In this document: positions 39,774-50,622 of the stretch, in pieces | Position numbering within the stretch: the stretch's first letter is position 1 | Layout: each line of letters starts with the position of its first letter | NCBI GenBank assembly: GCA_963663225.1 | Contig: OY760142.1 | Location: 1,856,001 to 1,920,000 of the forward strand | Direction: 5' to 3' | Origin: Nitrospirota bacterium | GTDB taxonomy: Bacteria; Nitrospirota; UBA9217 | DNA length: 64,000 nucleotides | The notes under the pieces: generated by a model | What the model was told of the DNA's origin: nothing | Seen by the model: the letters and a program-made list of their open reading frames with translations, nothing else | The model's database searches: none | Program-made: the position numbers and the translations under genes

Positions 39774-40661
39774 ATGAAAAAAAAACCAATGGCAGAAGGT
39801 AAACGAAAAGGACCTGCTGATCCGACCTGTCCCTCCTCTGAGGGCCAGTCCCATTGTCAGAGTCTGTATTGCTATATAAAAGAGGTTTTTCCCCGGACCG
39901 CCCAAAAACAGCTGGGAGATTGGCTGTTGACGGCAGAAAAACAATCATTTGAACCTGAGCCGCTGCTCTTTCTTGCAGTGATATCCGGCTCCTATTTCAG
40001 GATGCACGATCCCGACAAAATAGTTAAGGAGACACTGGACTATCTTTACGGCTGGCTTACCTGGGGGAATGCTCAACACCGGATGAATCCTGGCATAGCC
40101 GAACTGCTTGTGGATGCGTTGGCCCCGAACATCAGGTCGGCAATGGAAAAAACAGGACGGCTTCCGGAGTTGCCCGGCGGCAGGCAGGCCCGCGGGAAGA
40201 ATGTTCCCTCGGATGTGCGAGGAGCATGGATTGCCGCGCTGCTTATGGCAAACTGCCTGAAAGCAGAACGCAAAAAAGCGGGCAGCGCCGATAAGCGGGT
40301 GATGGAATTAGCGGCAATTCTTCTGGGGCGGAAAGCGGACCCTGCCTTCTTCAAGGAATTCAACCGTTGCCGCAGCAAAGCATCGGGAAAAATTATTGCC
40401 GGTCTGACGGACAATTTAATCAAAGAATATAGTAACGCCGTAAAATATGACGGCATAAAAGTAGGAGACCCTGCGCCGGCTGAAAAACGCAGTGTACAAT
40501 ATGCCGAGTGGAAGTCACGTCACAAGACCCTCGCGCATGCGAGTGCTGAATTTGGATGGGAAGTGTTTTGCAGCAATATTATAAACAAAGTTCCGATTCC
40601 AGTCTGGAAACCGCTTTGGACGATACCGATGGCACCGGCCAGCCGGAAAAATGCCGACTGA
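39774..40661 (+). CDS. Hypothetical protein
   Basis: Long ORF, probable ATG 39774; no recognised motif. Confidence 0.6.
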   Translation: MKKKPMAEGKRKGPADPTCPSSEGQSHCQSLYCYIKEVFPRTAQKQLGDWLLTAEKQSFEPEPLLFLAVISGSYFRMHDPDKIVKETLDYLYGWLTWGNAQHRMNPGIAELLVDALAPNIRSAMEKTGRLPELPGGRQARGKNVPSDVRGAWIAALLMANCLKAERKKAGSADKRVMELAAILLGRKADPAFFKEFNRCRSKASGKIIAGLTDNLIKEYSNAVKYDGIKVGDPAPAEKRSVQYAEWKSRHKTLAHASAEFGWEVFCSNIINKVPIPVWKPLWTIPMAPASRKNAD

Positions 40662-40825
40662 AAAAGACTGCCTGAAAAAAACACTGCTATGCGGCATCAA
40701 CCATATTGGTCGACAGTTCTGCCTTCTTGCCCGTAATTATCCTCACCGGCCGTCATTCTTTTGAAACCGTCTCGTTGTTCCCTGTTGATAAAATTATTGT
40801 ATGCAGCAGCCCCTTCCTGCATGGT

Positions 40826-40907
40826 TCAATCCCTGCGACAGGGTTTAGCCGGTAGAGGAATGCAGGAAGTCGCGGAAAAATCTGATTCCTGCCGGAGGAG
40901 ACTCTAC
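40826..40907 (+). repeat. Dispersed intergenic repeat, decayed copy
   Basis: Shares TCAATCCCTGCGACAG, GAGGAATGCAGnAAGTCGCGG and TCCTGCCGGAGGnGACTCnAC with 53513-53624. Confidence 0.8.
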
Positions 40908-41101
40908 TCCTGCACCGTATCGTTTACGTGAAAAAGAACTAAAGTTTCGGGTGGAACTTACCGAAACAATAAGCAACTAATTGCGCAAATTTTAGATTGG
41001 TGAATCTTGTATTCAGATTGTAGAATACTCTGTAATATAAATAAATTTGACGTTTTCGCTCACGAACATATAAGCCGGACTCAGAATGAGAAAGGGTAAT
41101 C

Positions 41102-42889
41102 ATGGAGCTATTTAAGAATGTCTATAATTACTTGGAAGCGCATTTTTTCAACTCTCTGGTAAAAAAAATCGTCGGCAACATCCTGTCGTTTTTTATCATG
41201 ACGATCCTTCTCTTCGGACTTTGCTGGTGGGGCATCGCATCGGTGCGGGATTTCATGGTTGCCGTTAAAATCGACGAGGCTGTCTCAGCAGGTTTGCAGG
41301 CCAAGCTGAACCTTATATCGATACTGTCGGCCTGTCTTCTTGTGATCTCGGTCGTGCTTCTGATTGTGACGATTTCCCTGTTAAAGTTTTCCATGGTCCG
41401 GCCCATTACCGGCATTTCCAGAACATTCACCGAGGAAGACATATCAAAGGATCTTCCTTTGATGACTCATGATGAAATCCGCGATTTGTCGGAAGCATAC
41501 AACGCGTTTATTAAAAAAATCCGAGTAATTTTAAGCACGACACGCCAAACTGCGCTCAAGATCGCTCTCGAATCGACAAAAGTCTCAAAAGGATTCAAGG
41601 ATTCCTCAGCTGATGCGCAAAAACAGGGAGAATTTGCCAACGTAATTCTTACGACCAGCAAGGACGTCAATGCGGCGATCAACGAGGTTTCTCAGAATGC
41701 GGTGACTATTTCAACTTCAACGACGGAGCACCTGAAAACAGCTACCGCTTCTCTGAAGGAATTGGATGAAGTCAATGCGAAAATCGGGGACATGACGAAA
41801 AAACTTTCCGGATTCGGAATGACGGTCGTTGAATTAAACAAGAATTCGGAAAAAATAAAGGACATCGTTCTGCTTATCAAAGGCATCTCCGATCAGACAA
41901 ACCTTCTCGCACTGAATGCGGCCATTGAGGCCGCACGGGCAGGGGAGCAGGGCCGTGGTTTTGCCGTTGTTGCCGATGAAGTGCGCAAATTGGCGGAACG
42001 GGTCAACGGAGCAACAGAGGAAATTTCCGTCAACATAAACACGATGCTTGAACGGGTGCAGGTGACGTTGAACGAATCGAGCGAAATCAATGAGCACATG
42101 CTGACGACAAAGGAAATCGTGGCAAAAACATCGGGAGATTTCACGCGCATGGTCAAGGATTTTGAAAACAACAGCATGCAGCTGAACAGGATTGCGTCAG
42201 CGATTGAAGAATTGTCGCAGACCAACGGCGAAATCACCAGACAGGTCGAGGATATTCATGCCTTAAGCCGCTCTGTTGCGAATAGTCTCGAAGGGTCTTC
42301 AGTCTTTTCCAACGGCTTGAATAAAATCACCGAAACGATGCTTGAAAATGTGACCAAATTCAGGCTCGGGAGGGACAGTTTCGAAGAAGCATTTTTGAAG
42401 GTCAAGGGCTACAGAAGCCTGTATGAAAGCAAACTCGAAGCCGCATACAAAAAAGGGATCAATGTCTTGGATGCGAATTATAAACCGGTACCGAACACCA
42501 ACCCGCAGAAATATACAACGGCGTATAACAGCTTTGTCGACACAGAACTCCAGTCGCACTTTGACAAAGCGCTGCAGAAAATTTCAGGAAGCGTCTATTG
42601 CATTCTGACCGATGTCAACGGCTATATCGGAACCCACCACAGCCATCTTTCGAAGGAGATGACGGGCGATTACGAAAAGGATCTGCAGTACAGCAGGCAC
42701 CGGAAAATGTACTTCTCCAATGAGACAGAGAAGAGACGGTCGACGAACACCCAGCCGTTTTTATTCCAGACCTACCAGCGCGATACCGGTGAAATTATCA
42801 CCGACCTCTCGATGCCCATCTATGTGAACGGCAGGCATTGGGGCGCCGTCGTTGTGGGCATCAAACCGGAATCCCTGATGAAGAATTAG
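41102..42889 (+). CDS. Methyl-accepting chemotaxis protein with extra C-terminal domain
   Basis: 2 [40 protein letters not shown]; C-terminal ..[17 protein letters not shown]. Confidence 0.93.
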   Translation: MELFKNVYNYLEAHFFNSLVKKIVGNILSFFIMTILLFGLCWWGIASVRDFMVAVKIDEAVSAGLQAKLNLISILSACLLVISVVLLIVTISLLKFSMVRPITGISRTFTEEDISKDLPLMTHDEIRDLSEAYNAFIKKIRVILSTTRQTALKIALESTKVSKGFKDSSADAQKQGEFANVILTTSKDVNAAINEVSQNAVTISTSTTEHLKTATASLKELDEVNAKIGDMTKKLSGFGMTVVELNKNSEKIKDIVLLIKGISDQTNLLALNAAIEAARAGEQGRGFAVVADEVRKLAERVNGATEEISVNINTMLERVQVTLNESSEINEHMLTTKEIVAKTSGDFTRMVKDFENNSMQLNRIASAIEELSQTNGEITRQVEDIHALSRSVANSLEGSSVFSNGLNKITETMLENVTKFRLGRDSFEEAFLKVKGYRSLYESKLEAAYKKGINVLDANYKPVPNTNPQKYTTAYNSFVDTELQSHFDKALQKISGSVYCILTDVNGYIGTHHSHLSKEMTGDYEKDLQYSRHRKMYFSNETEKRRSTNTQPFLFQTYQRDTGEIITDLSMPIYVNGRHWGAVVVGIKPESLMKN

Positions 42890-42902
42890 CGCTGCCCGCA
42901 CG

Positions 42903-44939
42903 TCACGCGGCATCCAGTGTTTCCCGCACCGTTTTCAGCAATACGCGCGGAGAAGCCGGTTTTTGAAGAAAGCGGACGTCGAGGCCAACCAGCGCCTGCG
43001 TTTCAAGGACGTCGGCCGTATACCCGCTTGTGAACAGGACCTTGACGTCAGGCCTCAGCCTCCGTATCTCATCGTACACGGCCTTCCCATTTTTTTTCGG
43101 CATAATCACATCAAGAATGACCAGGTGAACCGGCTTCCTGGATTCCGAGAATTCTCTTACTGCTTCCTCCCCGTCCCGAGCTTCTACAATGGTATAGCCC
43201 GCATCTTCCAGGACTGCCGTTGTCATTCTGCGGACCGCTTCATCGTCTTCTGCAATCAGGATTGTTTCCGTTCCGCCGCCGGTCTGCGGGGGAGATTCGC
43301 TTTTTGTCGCGTCGAGGGCCTGGACGGGGACAAGGGGGATGTAAATTTTAAAGGTTGCGCCTCTGCCCGGTTCACTATACACATTGATGTAGCCTTTGTG
43401 CTGTTTGATGATGCCGTACACCATCGCAAGCCCCAGACCGGTGCCCTTCCCGACTTCCTTTGTAGTAAAAAAAGGATCAAAAATTTTTTCCGTCGTTTCG
43501 CGGGACATCCCCATGCCGGTGTCCGAAACGATGATCAGTGCATAACTGCCAGGCGTCCCGTAGCCGTGTGCGTAATAAAATCCTTCATCAAGGTCGATCT
43601 TTCCGGTCTCGATGAACAGTTTTCCGCCCTCCGGCATTGCATCGCGCGCATTGGTGAGCAGGTTCATTAAAATCTGTTCAATTTGGCCCGGGTCCGCATT
43701 AATCGTCAGCGGCTCGTCTGACAGCGTGGTGCGCAGCTCTATGTCTTCTCTCAAGAGAGAGGGAAAGATTTTTTTCACGGTGCGTACGATATCATTGACC
43801 TTGACCAGCCGGGGTTCGACAATCTGTCTTCTGCTGTAGGCGAGAAGACTTTTGATCAGGTGAACGGCCCGTTCCGATGATGCAAGAATATGTTCGACAT
43901 TGTGCAGCAGCGGGTCATTTTTTGGAACCTGCATCTGGAGTATTGTTGCGTACCCGATGATTGCCGTAAGAATGTTGTTGAAATCGTGGGCTATGCCGCC
44001 GGCAAGTACCCCTATTGCTTCCATCTTCTGTGCGCTGCGGAGCTGGGTCTCCAGATGCATGCGGTCGGTGACATCTTCCCCGGAGCTCAGTATCCCGGAA
44101 AAAGTTCCCTCCGCATCCCTTAAGACCAGGTGGTGCCATGCAATCATGTGTTGGTTGCCGTTCGCGGCCAGCACCGGGCTTTCCATGTGCTTGAACTGGC
44201 CGAGGATCCCCTTTTGCAGCATTAAAAACACATTGCGTGATTCCTCCCGGTTTGTTTCCGGCACAAAGTTTTGAAACCAGTTTTTGTGGAGGATTTTTTG
44301 CTCGTCACAACCGATAATTTCGCGTCCCCTTCTGTTGATCATAGTGACGCGCTCATCAGCGTCGAGGGCGACGAGCATCACACCCGCTACATCGAGGTAT
44401 TTTTGGGCAGTGTCCCGTTCTTGTTTGACGGCGTCTTCGTTCCGTCGCAAGGCCTGGATCGGGAGCCTGTGCAGGACAAAAAGTGCAAAAATTCCGAGCG
44501 GCAGCATCAGCATTATCAGCAGACAGGTTTTTAAGATGAGGGGAAGGTAAGAGCGGGATATTTCTATTCTGCCGACGACCGTGCCTGAGTCGAAAAGCTC
44601 ACGGGTTTTTTTTATCACGGGAGGATGCAATGCTTCTTTTGTCTCGACAACAAGTTCGTTCCTTGCCGTAAAAACGCGCTTGATTTCGGTCGGCTCGTTT
44701 TTTGAGCGTGGGGCGAGGTATTCCTCCAGGCGCACATGTTCAACCTCCCACATGGCGGGGTTCTGGGTAATGAACTGGGTTATTATCCGGGCACTGATTT
44801 CGGCCTCTGTTTCGATGCTTCCCGATAGGTATTGATAGGAGAGGAGAAAATACCCGAACGGAATGATAAGCACAATCAATGAAATAATACTGCCCGCGAG
44901 CCACGAAATGATCCGGGTTATGTTTCTGACCAGCAGCAT
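42903..44939 (-). CDS. Membrane hybrid histidine kinase (PAS-HisKA-HATPase-REC)
   Basis: 2 [33 protein letters not shown]. Confidence 0.92.
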   Translation of the reverse strand: MLLVRNITRIISWLAGSIISLIVLIIPFGYFLLSYQYLSGSIETEAEISARIITQFITQNPAMWEVEHVRLEEYLAPRSKNEPTEIKRVFTARNELVVETKEALHPPVIKKTRELFDSGTVVGRIEISRSYLPLILKTCLLIMLMLPLGIFALFVLHRLPIQALRRNEDAVKQERDTAQKYLDVAGVMLVALDADERVTMINRRGREIIGCDEQKILHKNWFQNFVPETNREESRNVFLMLQKGILGQFKHMESPVLAANGNQHMIAWHHLVLRDAEGTFSGILSSGEDVTDRMHLETQLRSAQKMEAIGVLAGGIAHDFNNILTAIIGYATILQMQVPKNDPLLHNVEHILASSERAVHLIKSLLAYSRRQIVEPRLVKVNDIVRTVKKIFPSLLREDIELRTTLSDEPLTINADPGQIEQILMNLLTNARDAMPEGGKLFIETGKIDLDEGFYYAHGYGTPGSYALIIVSDTGMGMSRETTEKIFDPFFTTKEVGKGTGLGLAMVYGIIKQHKGYINVYSEPGRGATFKIYIPLVPVQALDATKSESPPQTGGGTETILIAEDDEAVRRMTTAVLEDAGYTIVEARDGEEAVREFSESRKPVHLVILDVIMPKKNGKAVYDEIRRLRPDVKVLFTSGYTADVLETQALVGLDVRFLQKPASPRVLLKTVRETLDAA

Positions 44940-44941
44940 AG

Positions 44942-45799
44942 TTATTTTGCAGCCTCTGCTAAAAGAGGAATATTGCCTGTTTTCACAAGAATGGTGCGGC
45001 CGTCACCAGAACGAATAAAGTCACAAAAGATTTTGACCGGGCGGGGCGGTTGTTTGACAGTTATGAGAGAGAATGTTTTTGAAAAGGGATAAGAACCGCT
45101 GGCGAGTGTTTTGAGGTCTGGCCGAACGCCGTTCAAGGAGAGAATGCGTATTTTACGCTTTTCAGTGACAATCTGGGTCAGCGTGGAAAACCCGAATGCG
45201 CCCGGCGTTTTTTCAATTATACTCAAATTATCCTGGTCGGTTTTTGCGAGCAGCATTCCCTCTCGCTGCAGCGCGGCATCTACAAGACTGTTCATCTCCG
45301 GAGTCATTTTTCTAATCAGGCCGGTGTCGGCGTCGGCCGCAGGACGCAGGACCAGACGGACACGCTCTCCGTTTTTCCATGTTTTGAGCGTGCCTTTATA
45401 AATTGATTCAACGTCTCTGTTTGTCACATTGTTAATATGCATTTTATTATGAATAACAGGAACAAAAGGCGATTTTGCGTACTCTATCGGCACAAGACCG
45501 AGCGTTAATTCATCATTTATCAACGGTTTTGCCATTAATCCGATATCCAGCGAACCTTTTGCAACAGCCCTGACCGCACCGCTGCTGCCGATGCTGGGCA
45601 TGAAGATGATTTTTATTGAAGGATTTGATTTTTCAAAGGTTTTTGCGATTGATTTCATCGCACCAAGTGCGCTACCCGTACCTCCAATCCGTATAGTTTC
45701 CTGGGCGTTGGAGGCAAAGGGGGATAACGTGAGAAAAACCGTCAGAAGCACTATCTGCGCGCTTCCGTATGTCTTCCCTGCGATGTGCATTTCGGGCAT
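44942..45799 (-). CDS. PstS-like periplasmic substrate-binding protein
   Basis: IRIGGTGS, SIGSSGAV, DIG, IYKG..W, GSYP. Confidence 0.8.
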   Translation of the reverse strand: MPEMHIAGKTYGSAQIVLLTVFLTLSPFASNAQETIRIGGTGSALGAMKSIAKTFEKSNPSIKIIFMPSIGSSGAVRAVAKGSLDIGLMAKPLINDELTLGLVPIEYAKSPFVPVIHNKMHINNVTNRDVESIYKGTLKTWKNGERVRLVLRPAADADTGLIRKMTPEMNSLVDAALQREGMLLAKTDQDNLSIIEKTPGAFGFSTLTQIVTEKRKIRILSLNGVRPDLKTLASGSYPFSKTFSLITVKQPPRPVKIFCDFIRSGDGRTILVKTGNIPLLAEAAK

Positions 45800-45979
45800 G
45801 ATCCTTTCTTACGTCCAGAACCGATCCCACAAATGCCATCCCCCGGTACCAATGTATTATTGTTTCTATTGTATCTCGTAATATAATATTTTGCTATACT
45901 AAATTAACCTGTTGTTACAACAACTTCTCCCCTGACGCGGGCAGGGAAATGATAAATTGCCATTGAACAAGAGGACTGT

Positions 45980-46777
45980 ATGAACAAAAGATTTTTTCTT
46001 GTGGTGCTTTTTCTTTGCTGTATGCTTTCCTGCCAGACCGTGCCGATTACCGGCAGACAGCAGCTCAGCCTGCTTCCCGGTGACACAGTGCTTTCGATGA
46101 GCTTTGCTTCCTACAAGGAGTTTATGGGGAAACACAAGGTAGTGAGAGACACTGATGACGCTCGCATGGTTCGGCGGGTGGGGCAGCGGATACAGAGTGC
46201 GGTGGAACGCTATTTTTCAGGACACGGCATGTCGGAACGGCTCAAAGGATATCAATGGGAGTTCAACCTTGTCGAGGACAAGGAAGTCAATGCGTGGTGC
46301 ATGCCTGGCGGGAAGGTCGTTGTCTATACCGGCATCCTGCCGGTTACACGCGATGAGACGGGGCTTGCCGTGGTTTTAGGACATGAAATTTCTCATGCCG
46401 TTGCCAGCCATGGGGACGAGCGAATGAGCCAGGGGCTTGTTGCGCAGATGGGCGGCCTCGCGCTTTCTGTCGCGCTTTCGCAGCAGCCGAGAGAGACAAA
46501 TGATCTGTTCTTGGCAGCCTATGGCGTCGGTGTCCAGGTCGGAGCCCTGCTTCCCTATAGCAGACTGCATGAGTCGGAAGCCGACCAGCTGGGTTTGATT
46601 TTCATGGCCATGGCGGGGTATGATCCGCACAGCGCGATTGAGTTTTGGAAGAGAATGGCAGCGTCAAAAAAGGGCGGGGCGCCGGTTGAATTGCTCAGCA
46701 CCCACCCCGCAGATGCGACGCGGATCAAAAACATCGAGTCGCATCTTTCCGATGCTATGACATACTATCGAAAATAA
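45980..46777 (+). CDS. M48 family metallopeptidase lipoprotein
   Basis: LSC lipobox; NAWCMPGG, HEISH, ESEAD, STHP. Confidence 0.92.
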   Translation: MNKRFFLVVLFLCCMLSCQTVPITGRQQLSLLPGDTVLSMSFASYKEFMGKHKVVRDTDDARMVRRVGQRIQSAVERYFSGHGMSERLKGYQWEFNLVEDKEVNAWCMPGGKVVVYTGILPVTRDETGLAVVLGHEISHAVASHGDERMSQGLVAQMGGLALSVALSQQPRETNDLFLAAYGVGVQVGALLPYSRLHESEADQLGLIFMAMAGYDPHSAIEFWKRMAASKKGGAPVELLSTHPADATRIKNIESHLSDAMTYYRK

Positions 46778-46805
46778 CAGGTGAGGTGCAGCTTACGATG
46801 ATGCT

Positions 46806-46871
46806 TTATAGAGCATATTGCATGAACAGCAGCAAATCCCTGTGTTCTTCGGCAATGAGGATGGTTTCCCG
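46806..46871 (-). pseudogene. Remnant of receiver domain
   Basis: RETILIAEEHRDLLLFMQYAL* just downstream of, and out of frame with, the kinase. Confidence 0.55.
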
Positions 46872-46923
46872 GTTCAGTGCTCTTTCTCAGGCGGGTTTGG
46901 AGCACTGCCGCTTTCGTGTCCGG

Positions 46924-49251
46924 CTATATGGCCGGCAGATAGATATAAACCGAGGTTCCTTTTCCCGGTTCGCTTGAGACAGCGGTGAATCCCTTGTGCT
47001 GACTGACGATGCCATGCACAATCGAAAGCCCGAGCCCGACCCCTTTCCCGACCTCTTTTGTCGTAAAAAATGGTTCGAATATTTTTTGTTTTTCAGCTTC
47101 GGTCATCCCGCAACCGGTATCCGAGACAACAATAACGACATAAGTCCCGTTTTCAGGGACACCGTGGGTCTGCGAAAAAACGTTGTCCATTGCCGCGCGA
47201 CGGGTCTCAATCGTGAGCGTTCCACCTTGGGGCATGGCGTCGCGTGCGTTAACGGCCAGGTTCAGCAATACTTGGCCCATCTGGATGCGGTCTGCAGTGA
47301 TGGCCGGGTCTTCTTCCGTCAGCAGCAGTTTCAACCCGATGTCTTCACCGAGAAGCCTTTGCAGGAGTTTTTCCATGCTTTGCACGATTTCATTGACCTG
47401 GCACGGTTTCAGCTCCAGCAGCTGCTTTCTGCTGAAGGCAAGAAGGCTCCGGGTGAGGTTTGCGGCGCGTTCGGAAGCGGCGGCTATCTGGTCAACGTGT
47501 TTTTTCAGCGGGTCCTCCTGGCCCATTTCATTCTGCAATAACGTGCAGTAGCCCATAAGGATCAGAAGGATGTTGTTGAAGTCGTGTGCCAAACCGCCGG
47601 CAAGCGTGCCGATGGCTTCCATTTTCTGCGCATGGAGAAGCTGCTCCCGCAGAGCGGTTTTTTCCTCTTCAGCCTGCCGGTGCTCCACGATTTCGATTTG
47701 CAGCTGAAGGGTACGGTCTTTGACCCTGCTTTCCAGTTCCTCGTTTATGCGCTGGAGTGCTTCTTCCGCGTTTTTCCGGTCCGTGATGTCGGAAAGAAAA
47801 CCTTCTACGAAGAGAGGATCACCGGCAGGATCGCGCACCAGGCGGGCGTTGATGGAAACCCAGACTTTTTTCCCGTCTTTACGGAAAAACTGGGTCTCAA
47901 ATCCCGTTACTATTCCTTGTTTAAGAAGCGAAGCGAGAAACATATCCCGTTCCGCCGGATGAACATAGAGCTGCTGCTTGATATCGGTTATTGCCGTAGT
48001 AAATTCTTCCGGTGAATCATAGCCGAGTATGTTGGCGATTGCCGGATTGGCGCTTAATAGATGCCCTGCGGGTGTTGCCTGATAGATTCCTTCGATGGCG
48101 TTTTCGAAAATACTGCGGTATTGCGCCTCCGTGTTGCGGATGATGGCTTCCCGCTGTGCCAATTGGATGGCCATGTCATTGAAGTTTGTTGCAAGTTGTC
48201 CGAATTCATCCTGTGATTGCACCTTCAGGGCCTCTACTCTCAAATTTCCTGCTGCAATTTCCCGGACGTGTTCGGTCAAGTCATGCAGCGGGCGGGTCAG
48301 GCGTCTGGATGTCAGGACAATGGCAGCGCATGCCGCGATGAGAATGGCCAGCATTATGACCAGCAGCGATCTGACCATGCGCGAAGCAGGGGAAAAAAAT
48401 TCTTTTTCCGGCACAACGGTTGCCACGGACCATCCGGTGATCGGTATTGGCTGGTAGAAAGCTACGTTTTTTCGTCCCTGCAGCGTGTAGCGGTGCATGC
48501 CTGATGCGCCTGACGTCATGTGTTGTGCCAGTTCGCGTACAGAAGGTTCCTTAAAATCGTTCAAATTTTTTTTCATCGAGAAATTACTGTCGGGATGATA
48601 AATAAGCAGGCCGTCACTATCTACAACCATGCTGTAACCCGTTGGATATACTTTCAGGTTCTCCGCAAGCTTCTGTACGTATTCCAGAGAAATTCCCGCG
48701 CCGATCATTCCTTGGGGCCGATCGTGCTCATCTTGAATCGGCGCAACAAGAAATATTGTCGGTATGCCGGTGGTCCTGGATACAAGAGGCGGAGTAATCT
48801 GTGCCGCCCCTCCTGACATAATAGATTTGAAATAAGGACGGTCCGCGATCCGGCCGACAGAAATGGCATAGGTATTGCCGGTTTGTCGTACCGTATGATA
48901 TTCCCCTTGACGGTTGACCGCATAAATGTCCTGAAAGATATCGGGATGCTTTCCATGAAGAATTTTGTGACGGTTGATATTTTGAATGTCCAGCGCAGCG
49001 AAATTCCGGTTTATAGCTTTTGCCGCCGGAGTTGAGGCAATGGTCTCAGGCTCGATCAGCAGGGTCTTGAACCACAGATTGATGCTTTCAGCGGTTTTGC
49101 TGGTTGTGGCCAGCATGCTTGTCGTTAATTCCCGCTCGATGAGGTTGCTGATGTACCAGTGCGCTCCCGCGCTGAGTGCAAGAAACTCTGCGACGAGAAT
49201 GAGCATAAGCCATACTAGCAACTTGCTTCTATAGGAGAGGTTTTTAAACAA
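46924..49251 (-). CDS. Sensor histidine kinase (Cache-HAMP-PAS-HisKA-HATPase), receiver lost
   Basis: TTG start with GGAG; DRPYF Cache motif, DEFGQLA HAMP, AHDFNN, GKGVGLGL. Confidence 0.9.
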   Translation of the reverse strand: MFKNLSYRSKLLVWLMLILVAEFLALSAGAHWYISNLIERELTTSMLATTSKTAESINLWFKTLLIEPETIASTPAAKAINRNFAALDIQNINRHKILHGKHPDIFQDIYAVNRQGEYHTVRQTGNTYAISVGRIADRPYFKSIMSGGAAQITPPLVSRTTGIPTIFLVAPIQDEHDRPQGMIGAGISLEYVQKLAENLKVYPTGYSMVVDSDGLLIYHPDSNFSMKKNLNDFKEPSVRELAQHMTSGASGMHRYTLQGRKNVAFYQPIPITGWSVATVVPEKEFFSPASRMVRSLLVIMLAILIAACAAIVLTSRRLTRPLHDLTEHVREIAAGNLRVEALKVQSQDEFGQLATNFNDMAIQLAQREAIIRNTEAQYRSIFENAIEGIYQATPAGHLLSANPAIANILGYDSPEEFTTAITDIKQQLYVHPAERDMFLASLLKQGIVTGFETQFFRKDGKKVWVSINARLVRDPAGDPLFVEGFLSDITDRKNAEEALQRINEELESRVKDRTLQLQIEIVEHRQAEEEKTALREQLLHAQKMEAIGTLAGGLAHDFNNILLILMGYCTLLQNEMGQEDPLKKHVDQIAAASERAANLTRSLLAFSRKQLLELKPCQVNEIVQSMEKLLQRLLGEDIGLKLLLTEEDPAITADRIQMGQVLLNLAVNARDAMPQGGTLTIETRRAAMDNVFSQTHGVPENGTYVVIVVSDTGCGMTEAEKQKIFEPFFTTKEVGKGVGLGLSIVHGIVSQHKGFTAVSSEPGKGTSVYIYLPAI

Positions 49252-49564
49252 AATGTCTTATCTCCATAAAAAAACAGATGAGCACGGCCGTGATACTGCA
49301 GGAGCATCTCATCCGCGGAGCGTTCCATCCCGTTTGTAACCGTCCGTTACATTGGGAAAGTCGGTAACGATTGATAAACGCTGTGCTCCGTACAGCTAAA
49401 ATAAAATGGGAAGAGCGGAATGATTTAAGATGATTTATTATAACGAATCCTGCGGGAAAAAGGAAGGTTATGGAAGATAATGACTTTATGGGAAAAAACC
49501 AGCTTGCGGCCGCCGCGCCGGCGAAAGAATAATTTCAGCAAGCTATTCAAGCACCGCACGCTGG

Positions 49565-50620
49565 CTATTCTTGTGGATACCAGAACAGGTGGTTGAATGT
49601 AAGGCAGCAAGTTTCACCTTCGGCAAAGTCCGCGCTTCTTCTATTTTTTTGGATCCGCACTTCGGTATCGCAGATCATGACCCTGTAGTCAATGATGTCT
49701 CCCAGATAAACTTTTCTCTTAATAATGGCTTGAACGCCGCCTTGTTTACGGATGTCGATTTCCGAAGGCCTGCAGGCAAGAACCATTCTTTCGGACGTAC
49801 TATCCGACGGAAGATTTTTGCTGACGCATCCCGACTCCTCAGCGCCGGCAATGTAAGCGGCGCCGTTTTTAATGATGACCGGCAGAAAGTTCGAGAGCCC
49901 GATAAAGCTGAAGATAAACCGGTTCGTCGGTTTTGTGTAAACGTTCAGAGGCGTGTCCATCTGCTGAAGAACACCGTCCCGCATGACCATAATTCTGTCT
50001 GAAAGCGCCATGGCTTCCGATTGGTCATGAGTGACGAATATGATGGTGAAGCCGAACTTGCGTTGCAGGTCCTTGATTTCAAACCGCATTTCTTCTCGCA
50101 ATTTCGGATCCAGGTTTGACAAAGGTTCGTCCAGCAGCATTACATCAGGATTGATTGCAATGGCCCGGGCCAGTGCAATCCGCTGTTTCTGGCCGCTTGA
50201 CAGCTCGTTCGGGTACGCTGTTTCATACCTGGCAAGTCCGGTGTACAGGATCGCATTTTTCGTGCGTTCCGCAATTTCGTTGCGCGGCAATTTTCTGATC
50301 TGGAGCGGGAATGCCACATTGTTGAAAACATCCAGATGGGGCCAAACGGCAAATGCCTGGAATACCATGCCGAAGTTCCTCTGCTCCGGCGGCAGATAAT
50401 ACTTCTTATAGCTTGAGGAAAAAAGCTTTCCTCCGATGGAAATTTCTCCTTCGTCAAGGTCCTCGAAGCCTGCCACCATTCTGAGGGTTGTTGTTTTACC
50501 GCAGCCGGAAGGCCCCAGCATGGAGAAGCATTCTCCCTTTTCTATGTCGATGGTCAGGTTGTTGACGGCGGTGACCGCGCCGAAGCGCTTCGTTACACTC
50601 TGGAGTTTTACAAAGGACAC
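49565..50620 (-). CDS. ABC transporter ATP-binding protein (PotA/FbpC-like)
   Basis: [31 protein letters not shown]. Confidence 0.93.
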   Translation of the reverse strand: MSFVKLQSVTKRFGAVTAVNNLTIDIEKGECFSMLGPSGCGKTTTLRMVAGFEDLDEGEISIGGKLFSSSYKKYYLPPEQRNFGMVFQAFAVWPHLDVFNNVAFPLQIRKLPRNEIAERTKNAILYTGLARYETAYPNELSSGQKQRIALARAIAINPDVMLLDEPLSNLDPKLREEMRFEIKDLQRKFGFTIIFVTHDQSEAMALSDRIMVMRDGVLQQMDTPLNVYTKPTNRFIFSFIGLSNFLPVIIKNGAAYIAGAEESGCVSKNLPSDSTSERMVLACRPSEIDIRKQGGVQAIIKRKVYLGDIIDYRVMICDTEVRIQKNRRSADFAEGETCCLTFNHLFWYPQE

Positions 50621-50622
50621 GG

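Noticed and set aside
40826-40907. Known riboswitch upstream of the MCP
   Set aside because: I could not match c-di-GMP, cobalamin, SAM or TPP consensus, and the homologous copy is antisense to its operon
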